Positions 29,927-40,655 of a DNA stretch of 64,000 nt are shown here, in pieces. A program made the position numbers and the translations under genes. The notes beneath the pieces were generated by a model that searched no databases, was not told the origin of the DNA, and was given only the letters and a program-made list of their open reading frames with translations. This DNA comes from Candidatus Latescibacterota bacterium (GTDB lineage Bacteria > Latescibacterota > CBDEFO01), in the NCBI GenBank assembly GCA_965237525.1, contig CBDEFO010000008.1:1952001-2016000 (forward strand), given 5' to 3'. Within the stretch, counting starts at the first letter, position 1, and every line of letters starts with the position of its first letter.

Positions 29927-30793
29927 TTAATCAGCTGCCTTTGCCTTATAGAACTCGTGCAGACTGCGTAGGCTCTTAAACAAAAGCACATTGAATATCA
30001 CATACAGCGTTTCCCAGATAGTTGTACCGAATTCCCCTATAGCTTCTGCCCACTCAGGGGTCTGCAGAATACTTGCCTCCAGTCCCATCGTAAATATTGA
30101 AAACGGACCTATTGAAAAGTCAGTGGGGAATGGCAGGCCTAAGAGTATTGCGACCAACCAAGTGAATAAGGCAAAAGGTATAGTAACTACAAGAAAAAAT
30201 AATAATCCAAAGCCGAGTTCATTAAAAAAGATATTAGAGGTTTTATCCTTTGATAGAACCGCACTGCGTGAAAGCGCCTCCCTCCCACTGATGCCTTCAA
30301 CAATAACAACATAAGGAGCCAAGACATACCGCGCAGCCCATATAATCCCCGGAATTATCAGGAGAATTAGACCGCCCAAGCAGATGAGAAAATATAGAAT
30401 GGATGTCCAGATGAATTGCCCAAGGAGTCTCAAGGGTAGAGAATAGCTTTCCCCGATACCTATAGCCTCCCCCTCGGAAGCCTTGTTGGCAACCTTAATG
30501 AAGGCTATGTATGTGACGATCGTGACTATTGCTGTGATCACGACACCCACGACATCTAACACTCCTTCTGGGGTAAAGCCAGAACCCCATGACACGAGTG
30601 TATAGATAGCACCGAGAAGCAGGAACGTCTTCCAAGCTACTCCAAAAGTTCGCCAACTGTTGGAGAAGAACCCCCATAAGCCCATATATGTCAAGGACCT
30701 ATAGAGTGGCTTCGCTTGTATAGTGAAATTGTGTCCGCAGTCACAATTGACCGCGTCGTCAGGATTGTTCAAACCACAGGCTGGACATTTCAT
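29927..30793 (-). CDS. Zinc-ribbon plus polytopic membrane protein
   Basis: CPAC...CDCG N-terminus; LLIIPGII, EALSRS pattern; several TMs. Confidence 0.75.
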   Translation of the reverse strand: MKCPACGLNNPDDAVNCDCGHNFTIQAKPLYRSLTYMGLWGFFSNSWRTFGVAWKTFLLLGAIYTLVSWGSGFTPEGVLDVVGVVITAIVTIVTYIAFIKVANKASEGEAIGIGESYSLPLRLLGQFIWTSILYFLICLGGLILLIIPGIIWAARYVLAPYVVIVEGISGREALSRSAVLSKDKTSNIFFNELGFGLLFFLVVTIPFALFTWLVAILLGLPFPTDFSIGPFSIFTMGLEASILQTPEWAEAIGEFGTTIWETLYVIFNVLLFKSLRSLHEFYKAKAAD

Positions 30794-30978
30794 GGCTATG
30801 CCTCAATGTGTGGTGGTGAGCAGTCCTTATGATCTCTTTACGATACGAACTTACCAGTAAGCATACAATCACCATAGCACAGAGTCCAATTCATGACCAA
30901 ACTGCTGTGTGAAGGATTCAACACAAACCTTAGTACAGCCGACAAGTTTTGTCCAGCTACTTAAATCTTTCTTATTTG

Positions 30979-31869
30979 CTACGTATATTCCTGACCCACT
31001 AGCTGCTCGTAGGCTTCTTTGTACTTTTCCAGAGTCCTCTGGACAATATCCTCCGGAAGTTCGGGCGCAGGTGGCGTCTTGTCCCAATCGAGCGTGTCCA
31101 GATAGTCTCTCACAAATTGCTTGTCGAAGCTGTCCTGCGGGCCTCCGGGACGGTACTTGTCCTTTGGCCAGAATCTGGACGAATCGGGAGAGAGTATCTC
31201 GTCTATAAGGATCGTCTCTCCGTCACTTATACCGAACTCAAACTTGGTGTCAGCTATGATTATGCCCTTTTCCTGTGCGTAATCGTGCGCTTTCTTATAT
31301 ATCGCTATGGTCAAATCTCTCAACTTTTCAAGGACTTCCATCTCTACTATCTCCGCTGCTTCCTCAAACGAGATGTTCTCATCGTGTCCGGAATCGGCCT
31401 TAGTCGCCGGCGTAAAGATGATCTGCGGCAGCCTGTCCGATTCTCGTAAGCCCTCGGGGAGCCTTATGCCGCAGACAGATCCCGAGGATTTATATTCCCT
31501 CCATCCTGAGCCAGAAAGATAACCCCTTGCCACGCATTCCAGATCGAGGCGATCTGCCTTTTTAACAAGCATCGACCTTCCATCCAAAACTTCTCGGAAC
31601 CCCTGAAGTTCCGGAGGATAGTCGTCCACTTCAGAGGCTACAAGGTGATTTCCGACTATATCCTGCATCATATCGAACCAGAAGATGGACATAGCTGTAA
31701 GGATTTTGCCCTTACCGGGGATGCCGTTGGGCATAATACAATCGTAGGCAGAGATTCTGTCTGTGGCTACGATAAGAAGCTTATCGTCCAGATCATATAC
31801 GTCTCTGACTTTGCCCCTTGTGAAGAGGTTCAGCCCGTTCAAGTCTGTCTTTATTAGGGCGTCATCCAT
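30979..31869 (-). CDS. purC: SAICAR synthase
   Basis: [44 protein letters not shown]. Confidence 0.98.
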   Translation of the reverse strand: MDDALIKTDLNGLNLFTRGKVRDVYDLDDKLLIVATDRISAYDCIMPNGIPGKGKILTAMSIFWFDMMQDIVGNHLVASEVDDYPPELQGFREVLDGRSMLVKKADRLDLECVARGYLSGSGWREYKSSGSVCGIRLPEGLRESDRLPQIIFTPATKADSGHDENISFEEAAEIVEMEVLEKLRDLTIAIYKKAHDYAQEKGIIIADTKFEFGISDGETILIDEILSPDSSRFWPKDKYRPGGPQDSFDKQFVRDYLDTLDWDKTPPAPELPEDIVQRTLEKYKEAYEQLVGQEYT

Positions 31870-31960
31870 TGTTCCGCGCTTTGGAGTTTTGCAATCATTT
31901 AGGTAGTGAATTCGTATGAATCGCATCTATTTAGAGATGTTAGAGATGGTGGAACTAACT

Positions 31961-31989
31961 AATATATAGAGCATAAGGCTCTATGTCAA
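31961..31989 (-). promoter_or_regulatory. purC sigma70 promoter with a palindrome filling the spacer
   Basis: TTGACA-17-TATATT; ATAGAGC-N5-GCTCTAT at 31966-31984. Confidence 0.65.
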
Positions 31990-32042
31990 GTATTTTTGAC
32001 TCTATCTTCCACTAAAATCACAAATTAGCGGAATTTTGGGGC

Positions 32043-32071
32043 TTGACTTTCACAAAATATGGCTCTATCTT
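32043..32071 (+). promoter_or_regulatory. Putative sigma70 promoter of the DUF374 operon
   Basis: TTGACT-17-TATCTT. Confidence 0.5.
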
Positions 32072-32116
32072 TAGCTTTGATTACAGGCTGACGCCGCTTT
32101 GCACTTCAGGAAGAAC

Positions 32117-32758
32117 ATGAGTCTAATCTCTTTAAAGGCGCAAATTATAAGACTACTCCTCCTTTTGATCGGAAGGACGCTCAGGATCCGAACTTTGGGG
32201 GACGAACACTATAAGAAGGTCTCAGAAAACGGCAGGGGATTCATCTTCGCCGTATGGCACGGCAGGATGCTGCTGCCTATATACAGGCACAGAAGGATGG
32301 GAATAATCACTATGGCGAGCCTGCACAGCGACGGGGAGATGATAGCAAGGGTTCTGGGCAGCATCGGATATGAGACGGTCCGAGGTTCCACAACCCGGGG
32401 AGGAAAGAAGGCTATGAGCCAGATGTTGAGAAGGGCACAAAAGGGCGGCGTATTCGCCCTGACGCCCGACGGCCCCAGAGGTCCGAGGGAAACTGTCCAG
32501 CCCGGGGTCGTATTTCTATCGCAGATGTCAGGGTTGCCTATACTGCCGGTCACAGGGAGCGCCAGAAGGTGCAAGAGGTTCAACAGTTGGGACAGATTTC
32601 TGCTGCCTTTTCCGTTCTCCCAAAGTCTGATAGTCTATGGTGAGCCGCTCTTTGCTGACAGGGAGGAAGATCTTTCGACAGAGCTTGAAAGGAGATTGAA
32701 AAGTATAACCTGTCAGGCTGATAAGCTCTGCGGAATTGAGACAGTAGAAAGGATGTAG
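32117..32758 (+). CDS. Lysophospholipid acyltransferase family protein (DUF374)
   Basis: WHGR, DGEMIA, VRGST.RGG, TPDGPRGP, SWDRFLLP.PF. Confidence 0.92.
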   Translation: MSLISLKAQIIRLLLLLIGRTLRIRTLGDEHYKKVSENGRGFIFAVWHGRMLLPIYRHRRMGIITMASLHSDGEMIARVLGSIGYETVRGSTTRGGKKAMSQMLRRAQKGGVFALTPDGPRGPRETVQPGVVFLSQMSGLPILPVTGSARRCKRFNSWDRFLLPFPFSQSLIVYGEPLFADREEDLSTELERRLKSITCQADKLCGIETVERM

Positions 32759-32827
32759 CTGCAAGGTTCCCTCACCCAGGGCAGACACACGGGTCTGCCC
32801 CTACACTATCTATTTGGAGGCAGGCAT

Positions 32828-33538
32828 TTGGTGACAGGTATTGCCATCATACTATCCTTTATCTTACTTGTCCTGGCGCTTCTTATCCTGCTTCCTCTGC
32901 GGATTCGGCTGGACGCCTTGAGCCTGCATGAGGAGAAAAATGTCTTCATATACTTGGGCGCATGGTATGGCCTTTCAGGTTTAGGAATTTCACTTTTGGG
33001 TGACGGCGTCAGGTTCTACATTATGCTCTCAGGGAAGAGATTGTACCAGTTCCGTCCCAGGAAAAAGAGAAGGGTGAAGGAACCTAAAGATGTCGAACCT
33101 GAAAGGGAGCGTCCTAAAGAGGAGCGTCCTAGGCCTGTTGAGAGATTGAAAAAAATATACGGATATTTACGCAGATTCAAGGCTCCTGTCCTGCGCTTCC
33201 TCAGATCAGCTTTGAGGAGTCTGAACTTAACGAGGATAGACTGCAATCTGGAGTATGGAGCGGATGACCCTGCTTTCACAGGCAAGGCGTTCGGCATCTA
33301 CCACTCCATTTGCCCGCTTTTAGGTGCGAAAATAAATGTGAAGGTTATGCCTAATTTCACTGAGGCCGTCCTCCGCGGGGATATATCGGTCCTTCTGGAC
33401 CTGAAGCTCTATGTGCTCATAATCGCCTCTCTGCGACTTGGGATATCTGTTGGATATGCATGGCTCAAGGATTGGCTGGCGGCTGGACTTCCCCGTAAAA
33501 TGTGGAGATACAAGGATTTATCTCTGTCGGAAGGCTAA
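32828..33538 (+). CDS. DUF2953 (YtfI-like) membrane protein
   Basis: N-terminal TM; YGADDPAFTG...PNF motif; precedes a ytfJ-like gene. Confidence 0.8.
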   Translation: MVTGIAIILSFILLVLALLILLPLRIRLDALSLHEEKNVFIYLGAWYGLSGLGISLLGDGVRFYIMLSGKRLYQFRPRKKRRVKEPKDVEPERERPKEERPRPVERLKKIYGYLRRFKAPVLRFLRSALRSLNLTRIDCNLEYGADDPAFTGKAFGIYHSICPLLGAKINVKVMPNFTEAVLRGDISVLLDLKLYVLIIASLRLGISVGYAWLKDWLAAGLPRKMWRYKDLSLSEG

Positions 33539-33557
33539 CTTTATCAAGGAGAAACCT

Positions 33558-33968
33558 ATGTCTGTCGAGGACCTTGTTAAGACGTTGATGGATGAACTGA
33601 AGCAGATTGTCAAGACCGAGACGGTTGTAGGGGAGGCGATTGAGGCGGGGGATTCGGTCATAATCCCGGTGTCTAAGATATCGTTCGGCTTCGGCGCGGG
33701 AGGAGGGGGAGGGGAGTCGGGGGATGAGAAGGGGAAGGGCGGCGGTGCAGGGGGCGGAGCGTCCGTCGAACCGGTGGCCTTCGTGGTGATAACTGAGGGC
33801 AAAGTTCAGGTGATGTCCGTAAAGAAGGAGCTGACCTTCTCCAAGATCGTGGAACTGGTCCCCGAACTGGTCGGAAAGTTGAGGGACATCAAGGACATAG
33901 TGGAAAGGAGGAGAGAAAAAAAGGAGGATAGCTCTAAAGATCAGGAGGAGTCAGACGAAGAGTCATAG
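33558..33968 (+). CDS. YtfJ/GerW family protein
   Basis: TVVGEAI, IIPVSKISFGFGAGGG, GGAGGGASVEPVAFVVI. Confidence 0.92.
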   Translation: MSVEDLVKTLMDELKQIVKTETVVGEAIEAGDSVIIPVSKISFGFGAGGGGGESGDEKGKGGGAGGGASVEPVAFVVITEGKVQVMSVKKELTFSKIVELVPELVGKLRDIKDIVERRREKKEDSSKDQEESDEES

Positions 33969-34109
33969 GGGATTCTTAACCGTATTGGCGTAATACCGTA
34001 ATGGCGGACAAATATGCGTCATCCACCCCGTGACAGAATGAATATGTAATCTGATGGGAGTATGAAACTTGAATCTCATTGTGCGAAGGTGAGATCTAAG
34101 GTAATATAT

Positions 34110-34232
34110 ATGTCTCGAGATGCCCTTGCTTTTTTCGTGTCCCCCAACGGAAACGATGACTGGTCAGGGAAGTTACCAGAGTCGAATGCCGGCCAGACCG
34201 ACGGCCCCTTTCTGACACTGCAACGCGCCTGA
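34110..34232 (+). pseudogene. N-terminal stub of a right-handed beta-helix family gene
   Basis: MSRDALAFFVSPNGNDDWSGKLPESNAGQTDGPFLTLQRA*. Confidence 0.7.
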
Positions 34233-34285
34233 AGGAAATCCTCGAACAAGCCCTGGCCGCGGCCTAGACAAAAAAGGAGAACCCC

Positions 34286-35349
34286 ATGTCCTCAATTGAA
34301 ATTCTCGGTACCGGCTGGGTGGACAGGCGCGATTCGGCCTTTCCCCAGACCGTGCAACTGCCCAGCGGCGACCTCCTCTGCTCCTTCAAATGTGGGCGGC
34401 GGTCCCAATGTCACTGGCGGCACGGACTGGGCCCGCTCCACAGACAGCGGCTAGACCTGGACCCTCGAAGGCACCATTGCCCCGCCCACGACCGATCCTC
34501 CCACCACCTATGCCCTCAAGCTGACCCTTTCGGCTGACGGCCAGACCGTTTTCGCGTACGGGGCGCATTCCTATCCCCGGGACGAGGAGAAATTCGGCGA
34601 AGGCCGCAACGAGCCGGTGCTATGCCGCTCCGCGGACAGAGGCCGCACCTGGTCGGATCCCCAGGTGGTCCCCATGCCCGGGGATTGCCCACTGGAAATT
34701 TCCCACGGGGTGCTGCCGCTCGAATCCGGCCGCCTCCTGGCGCCGGCCGCCACTCTCCCTGCCAAGGACCGCCTGGGTGAGCAGGTCCTGGTGGCCATCT
34801 CCGATGACGGCGGACAGACCTGGCCGCAGCACGCTGTGGTGTTCGAGGACCCCGACAAAAAATTCGGCTACTTTGAGCAGAAGCTGGCCGCAATCTCCCC
34901 GGACCTGCTCATGGCCGTGTGCTGGACCGTAACCTTGGGCGATGTGGTGGACCAGCCGGACAGCTTTGTGCTCTCGCGCGACAATGGATCCACGTGGGGG
35001 CCAGCCCGATCCACCGGCATCCAGGGGCAGACCATGACACCGATCACCCTGGGCAGCGACCGGCTCCTGGTGCTCTACAACCGGCGCTACGGCGACCAGG
35101 GCATTATCATGAACCTGGTGGACCTTTGCGGAAGAGTCCTGGACCCTTCACTACGAAGGCCTGATGTACGACGCCAGGGCAAAGCGCGAACGGCCGGACG
35201 ACCTGGAAACAGGGGTGGAGGAATTGTACTCCTTTATGTTCGGCTTCCCCACGGCGATCAAGCTGCAGGACGGGACCTATCTGGCGACCCACTGGTGCAA
35301 GGAAGGAGCCACCTTCGGCATCCGCTGGACCAAACTGCGGATCGATTAG
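34286..35349 (+). pseudogene. Sialidase/BNR-repeat protein with two +1 frameshifts (~34388, ~35120)
   Basis: Asp-boxes S.D.G.TW in successive frames (STDSG, SADRGRTW, SDDGGQTW, SRDNGSTW); FGFP...LQDGT tail; in the corrected frame the first box also carries a TAG. Confidence 0.8.
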
Positions 35350-35355
35350 TCTAGT

Positions 35356-35515
35356 GAGATTGCTTCGCCCACTTCGTGGTTTGCTGCCACTCCAGCAAAG
35401 CGGCCACGCCGCCTCGCAATGACATTGTTTGGCTTCGTCCTTCGGTCATTGCTAGGGGCATTTGCCCCGCTTTGCTCCTCGCAATGACTCCGCCAAGTTT
35501 ATGCTTAATCGGGTT
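35356..35515. repeat. Partial/rearranged relative of the 251-bp MITE palindromes
   Basis: gagattgcttcgcc...ctcgcaatgac and ccgctttgctcctcgcaatgactccgccaagtttatg...cgggt; the first part recurs inverted at 16012-16046. Confidence 0.75.
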
Positions 35516-35553
35516 AGTCTGCTGGCTGAAGAAGACAAGAGCTTAAATGGAGG

Positions 35554-38500
35554 ATGCCGCCGATGAGATTGGGCGCTACGATAGATGACTACATGGACAC
35601 GCACGACCCGGAGCAGCGACAGAGGAACATCGCTCAGATCGCACGCTGCCTGGCGCTGTTGTTGTTCATCAGTTTGTTTGGAATTGTATGGCTATCATGC
35701 GGCGGGGGCGGTAATGGGGATAAACCGACAGGGCCGACACAGACATCAGTTTTCAGTTTGATCCATCTATCGGGAGATAATCAAGCGGGACCGCAGGAAT
35801 CTGTCCTGTCCGAACCTCTTGTGGTCCTGGTAACTGACGATAATGGTGAACCTGCAACTGGCCTTCAGGTGACCTTCGCGATACTGTCGGGCAAATGTAG
35901 TTTGTCTGTAGAAAGCGCGGTCACAGACAGCTCCGGTCACGCATCGACCGTCGTGACACTGGGAGATCAAGCAGGGGATATTCGTGTCCAGGCCACGCTA
36001 GCGGGCTACGACAAATCTGTGGTGTTTACCGCTGTAGCGCTACCACCCAACACGGTCGGCGGACATCTGGTTCTCCCTGATGTTCTTGATCCGACAGAGA
36101 CGACCATCCTGTGCGGATTTGAGGAAAGTACTCCTACAGAGGGAGGTAACTTCTTCGTAGCTCCACCTGAGATCCATTCTCTGACGATAGCACTGGATTC
36201 AGAGGGTGATCCCTTCCTGCTTGCGTTGTTGCCTCCATCCGATGGATCACCTAGTGTAGATACGCAGACTACTGCGGTGACGCTGATGTTCTTCGCAATG
36301 CATCTGTACACAGCTCCTCCCGAATTGTGGGCAGAAGCCGTCTCTGTGCTGGAGGGAATACCAGAAGTACAAGAGTTATCCAGTGTGTTAGGCCAGCGTC
36401 TTGAGGTCTCCACCGACATCCTCGTCGATCCCGATCCACAGGTCAGGTCGGCTTTGGAGAGCGCTATACAGGCTGTTGATGCCGAGTTTGCCCGGATGGT
36501 CGGCGCTCCGAAGGTAACTCCTTCGGGACCACAGAGCCAGGTCCGCCTCATCCATCCGGTGGAGGGTGAAGATGAGGCCACCTTGGAGGTACGTAATTTC
36601 GGAAGACGTTACATTTCGCTCTACGCAGACCGGACCGCTCCTACTGCACAGAACGTGATGGATGGCGATATTATAGGCCCCGCCAGCGAACCGGTAAGCA
36701 CTGCTACTCTGGTGAACTTCCTAAGCTCTAACCGAGATCCCAGCGGTATCCTTTCACCGAATACAGAGCGTTTTGATATTCCTCTTGAGCCCGGCGCTAC
36801 CAATCTGTTTGATGTTGATGTGGTAGGGGCCTCTTTCCGCGGGATTGCCAGCAGATCGGATGGATACTGGACAGCCTGGAGCTTTACCTTCGGCGACTTC
36901 GTCCTCCTGAAACTCCTCGATGTACTTGTTGGGCTGGATCTGCCTGATGGAAGTGAGATGGGGCAGTGGCAGGAGTGGGCTAACCTGACCGGCAAACTGG
37001 TGCGTGGTATCAAGGCGAGCGCCAAATTCTCTGAGGCTGTGGATGAAGGCAGTGTGGTGGGCATCCTTTACAGTGGTCTGGAGATAATGGAGGACAGGGA
37101 CGTCCAGGAGGCTATCCTCGGTGTTGTTAACCGGGTGGCCGCGAAACAGATCGGCGTTGTGGCTTTGGGGAAGATGATCAGCAAGATATCGCCGTGGGTT
37201 AAGGTCTTGAAGATTACGGCGACACTTACAGATTATGGGTTTATCGCTCACAGTTTGATTACTGACAATCCCCAAGAGCGATTCGTCGTGGAGGCAGAAG
37301 GAGAGGAAGTACAGAATCAACCGCCTGTAGCTTCGATCACGTCTCTCGCAGACGAGGGAGTTTCGATCACGTTTCAGGGCGGTGCGGCCGATCCCGAGGA
37401 TGGGAGTCTGAGTGGATCGTCTCTGGTGTGGAGTTCAAGCCGGGATGGGCAGATTGGAACAGGTGAGACAGTGTCCACTTCCAGTCTCTCTTTAGGAACT
37501 CATACTATTACCTTGACTGCTACGGATAGCGAAGGGGATTCTGGATCAGTTAGCATTACACTGACGATTAGGGGAGGGAACCAGCCACCTGTAGCTTCGA
37601 TTACTTCTCCAGCGGACGGCAGTACTTCCATGGAAGGCGACGCAGTTGATTTACAAGGCAGTGCGGCTGATCCCGAGGATGAGAGTCTGAGTGGATCATC
37701 TCTGGTGTGGACTTCCAGTCGGGATGGGCAGATTGGAACAGGTGAAACAGTGTCCACCTCGAGCCTCTCTTTGGGAACTCATACTATTACCTTGACCGCT
37801 ACGGATAGCGAGGGGGCTGTGGGGAAGGATCAGATCGCGTTGGCCGTTGCATCTGTGGTTGTAGAGCGTCTCTTCGGACACAGGACTGACTTTACAGCTG
37901 GGAACACTCCTAGGTCAGTATTCATTGCGGATTTAGATAGGGATGGGGATAATGACTTGGCTGTGGCTAATTTTATGAGCGGTAATGTGTCAGTGTTGTC
38001 CAATAACGGAGATGGGACATTTGCACCTAAGGTGGACTATGCTGCTGGGGATGGTCCCTTTTCAGTATTCATTGTGGATTTAGATGGTGATGGGGATAAT
38101 GACCTGGCTGTGGCTAATTCTAACAGCAATACTGTATCAGTGTTGATGAATAATGGAGATGGGACTTTTGCACCTAAGGTGGACTATGCTGCTGGCGATG
38201 GTTCCAGGTCAATATTCAGTGCGGATTTAGATAGGGATGGGGATAATGACCTGGCTGTGGCTACTCTTTGGAGCGGTACTGTATCAGTGTTGTTGAATAA
38301 TGGAGATGGTACATTTGCACCTAAGGTGGACTATGGAACTGGGGATGTTCCCGTATCAGTATTCAGTGCGGATTTAGATGGTGATGGGGATAATGACCTG
38401 GCTGTGGCTAATTTGGCCAGCTATGATGTATCAGTGTTGTTGAATAATGGAGATGGTACATTTGCACCTAAGGTGGACTATGGAACTGGGGATGTTCCCG

Positions 38501-38607
38501 TATCAGTATTCAGTGCGGATTTAGATGGGGATGGAGATAATGACCTGGCTGTGGCTAATTTGGGCGGTAATGTGTCAGTGTTGATGAATTTGTCTATACA
38601 GCCCTGA
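35554..38607 (+). CDS. Lipoprotein with Ig-like, two PKD-like and five FG-GAP repeats; chimeric N-terminus
   Basis: WLSC lipobox; SGDNQ.G...LVVLVTD Big-like domain; duplicated NQPPVASITS...LGTHTITLTATD; 49-aa DLDGDGDNDLAVAN repeats. Confidence 0.85.
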   Translation: MPPMRLGATIDDYMDTHDPEQRQRNIAQIARCLALLLFISLFGIVWLSCGGGGNGDKPTGPTQTSVFSLIHLSGDNQAGPQESVLSEPLVVLVTDDNGEPATGLQVTFAILSGKCSLSVESAVTDSSGHASTVVTLGDQAGDIRVQATLAGYDKSVVFTAVALPPNTVGGHLVLPDVLDPTETTILCGFEESTPTEGGNFFVAPPEIHSLTIALDSEGDPFLLALLPPSDGSPSVDTQTTAVTLMFFAMHLYTAPPELWAEAVSVLEGIPEVQELSSVLGQRLEVSTDILVDPDPQVRSALESAIQAVDAEFARMVGAPKVTPSGPQSQVRLIHPVEGEDEATLEVRNFGRRYISLYADRTAPTAQNVMDGDIIGPASEPVSTATLVNFLSSNRDPSGILSPNTERFDIPLEPGATNLFDVDVVGASFRGIASRSDGYWTAWSFTFGDFVLLKLLDVLVGLDLPDGSEMGQWQEWANLTGKLVRGIKASAKFSEAVDEGSVVGILYSGLEIMEDRDVQEAILGVVNRVAAKQIGVVALGKMISKISPWVKVLKITATLTDYGFIAHSLITDNPQERFVVEAEGEEVQNQPPVASITSLADEGVSITFQGGAADPEDGSLSGSSLVWSSSRDGQIGTGETVSTSSLSLGTHTITLTATDSEGDSGSVSITLTIRGGNQPPVASITSPADGSTSMEGDAVDLQGSAADPEDESLSGSSLVWTSSRDGQIGTGETVSTSSLSLGTHTITLTATDSEGAVGKDQIALAVASVVVERLFGHRTDFTAGNTPRSVFIADLDRDGDNDLAVANFMSGNVSVLSNNGDGTFAPKVDYAAGDGPFSVFIVDLDGDGDNDLAVANSNSNTVSVLMNNGDGTFAPKVDYAAGDGSRSIFSADLDRDGDNDLAVATLWSGTVSVLLNNGDGTFAPKVDYGTGDVPVSVFSADLDGDGDNDLAVANLASYDVSVLLNNGDGTFAPKVDYGTGDVPVSVFSADLDGDGDNDLAVANLGGNVSVLMNLSIQP

Positions 38608-38812
38608 AACGTTGGTCTTGAGGTAGATAAGTAAAACAAGGGATATTTACGCTATGGCTGAAACTAAAGATGTCAAGGACTTTCTGGACGAAATATGTCC
38701 CCGCATACAGGCCTAGGCTGATATGGTTTTCTCTATCAATCTGATATGGGGAACGTCGGATTGGATGGCTTAAGATAAGGAAAATCCACAAGGACAAAAG
38801 GTTAAATGTAGG

Positions 38813-39688
38813 ATGCCGCTGATGAGATTGGGCGCTACGATAGATGACTATATGGACACGCACGACCCGGACGCTCTGGTTGCCGAGTGCCGCAAGAAGG
38901 GCTACCGGGCAGCGGCGATGCCGCTGGCGGCGCTGGATCAGCCTGATGTCGTCCGCGACATTGCCCGCGCCTTTGCCGAAGCCGACATCCTGCTGGCCGA
39001 GATTGCCGCGTGGGTCAATCCGCTGCACCACGACCCGGAGCAGCGACGCAGGAACATCGCTCAGATCGCACGCTGCCTGGCGCTGTCCGACGAGGTAGGG
39101 GCGACCTGCTGTGCAACCGTCGCGGGGTCTTACTCTCAGACGGATCGTTGGGACTCGCACGCAGGGCACCATCCGGACAACTTCTCTGCGCGAGCCTTCG
39201 AGGAGGTGGTGGACTGGGTGCGCGATGTCCTCGACCAGGTCCAGCCCACGCGCACCAAGCTGACGCTGGAGATCTGCCCGTGGACTCTGTTAGACAGTCC
39301 GCAGATCTATCTGGACCTGATCGGGGCCGTGGATCGCCCCGGACTCGGTGTCCACCTGGACCCGGCCAATCTGGTCACGCACCCTCGCACCTACTACGAT
39401 ACGACAGGGATGATTCACCAGTGCTTCGATCTGCTCGGGGGACATATCCTCTCCTGTCACGCCAAGGACGTGCACTGGACACTGGATGCGCGGACGGTCG
39501 GAATCGAGGAGGTAGTTCCCGGCCGGGGAGTCCTCGACTATGCCGCCTTCTTGCAGCGTGGGGATGGTATTTCGCCTGATCTGCCGCTGATCATCGAACA
39601 TGTACAGACCGAAGCCAACTTTGACGAGGCCGCCGCCTATATCGTGGGCGTCGGCGCCGCAGTCGGCGTGTCACTCCAAGAGAATTGA
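38813..39688 (+). CDS. Sugar phosphate isomerase/epimerase (AP2Ec TIM barrel)
   Basis: LTLE, VHLDPAN, CHAKD, PG.G.LDY, IIEH metal ligands. Confidence 0.9.
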   Translation: MPLMRLGATIDDYMDTHDPDALVAECRKKGYRAAAMPLAALDQPDVVRDIARAFAEADILLAEIAAWVNPLHHDPEQRRRNIAQIARCLALSDEVGATCCATVAGSYSQTDRWDSHAGHHPDNFSARAFEEVVDWVRDVLDQVQPTRTKLTLEICPWTLLDSPQIYLDLIGAVDRPGLGVHLDPANLVTHPRTYYDTTGMIHQCFDLLGGHILSCHAKDVHWTLDARTVGIEEVVPGRGVLDYAAFLQRGDGISPDLPLIIEHVQTEANFDEAAAYIVGVGAAVGVSLQEN

Positions 39689-39699
39689 GGTAAATACTA

Positions 39700-40506
39700 A
39701 TGGAACGAACGCTGGAGGGTAACGTTGCTCTGGTGACGGGCGCAAGCAAAGGGATCGGCCGGGCGCTGGCGATAGGTCTGGCCGAGGCTGGCGCCGCAGT
39801 CGCCGCCATCTATAAAAACGATGCAGCCGGCGCGGAAGGCGCCTGTGGGACTATCCGCCAATCCGGTGGGGTCGCCGAGCCGTATTCTGCCGATATCGGC
39901 TCCAAGGCCGAATTCGAAGCAGTGATAGACGAGGTCTATGACCGGTTCGTCCGGCTGGATGTGCTGGTCAACAACGCAGCCCGCACGCGCTTCGGACCGA
40001 TCGAACAGGTGACGGAAGAAGACTTCGACGATGTCGTGAACACCGTCCTGCGCGGCCCCTTCTTCGGATCGATTGCCGCGGCCGGGAAGATGATCCAAGG
40101 CGGCGGCGGGTCCATCATTAATATCAGCTCCATCGCCGTGCGAGGCATCATGTTTTTCCACAGCTCTTACACCATGGCCAAAGGCGGGCTGGAGGCCCTG
40201 ACCCGGCAGATGGCGCTGGAACTGGCGCCGCATGTGCGGGTGAACGCTCTGGCGCCCCATGCCACCAGCAACGAACGCAACGCTGCCTACGATCCAGACT
40301 ATGACCAAAAGTGGGCAGCGGTGACGCCGATAGGTCGCATCGGAAGTCCAGATGACTACGTGGGACCCGCAGTCTTTCTGGCCGGACACCATGCCCGGAT
40401 GGTGACGGGGCAGGTGTTGTATGTGGACGGCGGCTGGACTCTGCAGGGACGCTCACCCGACCAATCGGCATTTGACTTCTCCGCCGATCGCAAGCGCGAC
40501 GATTGA
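39700..40506 (+). CDS. SDR family oxidoreductase
   Basis: TGASKGIG, NNAA, YTMAK, TGQVLYVDGG. Confidence 0.95.
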   Translation: MERTLEGNVALVTGASKGIGRALAIGLAEAGAAVAAIYKNDAAGAEGACGTIRQSGGVAEPYSADIGSKAEFEAVIDEVYDRFVRLDVLVNNAARTRFGPIEQVTEEDFDDVVNTVLRGPFFGSIAAAGKMIQGGGGSIINISSIAVRGIMFFHSSYTMAKGGLEALTRQMALELAPHVRVNALAPHATSNERNAAYDPDYDQKWAAVTPIGRIGSPDDYVGPAVFLAGHHARMVTGQVLYVDGGWTLQGRSPDQSAFDFSADRKRDD

Positions 40507-40527
40507 AAGCGAGCAAGAGCAGATGTT

Positions 40528-40579
40528 AGACCTCCCTTTAAGTCCCCCCTTATTTAAGGGGGGACTTAAAGGGAGGTCT
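40528..40579. repeat. Perfect 25-bp-arm palindrome (cccccctt..aagggggg REP-like type)
   Basis: agacctccctttaagtcccccctta-tt-taaggggggacttaaagggaggtct. Confidence 0.85.
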
Positions 40580-40655
40580 GACCCACTACTAAGGGTGTGT
40601 TGATAATGTGGTTGGTAGGACAGGTATTTTGCCTGTCCATTTGCAAAACAAGCAG

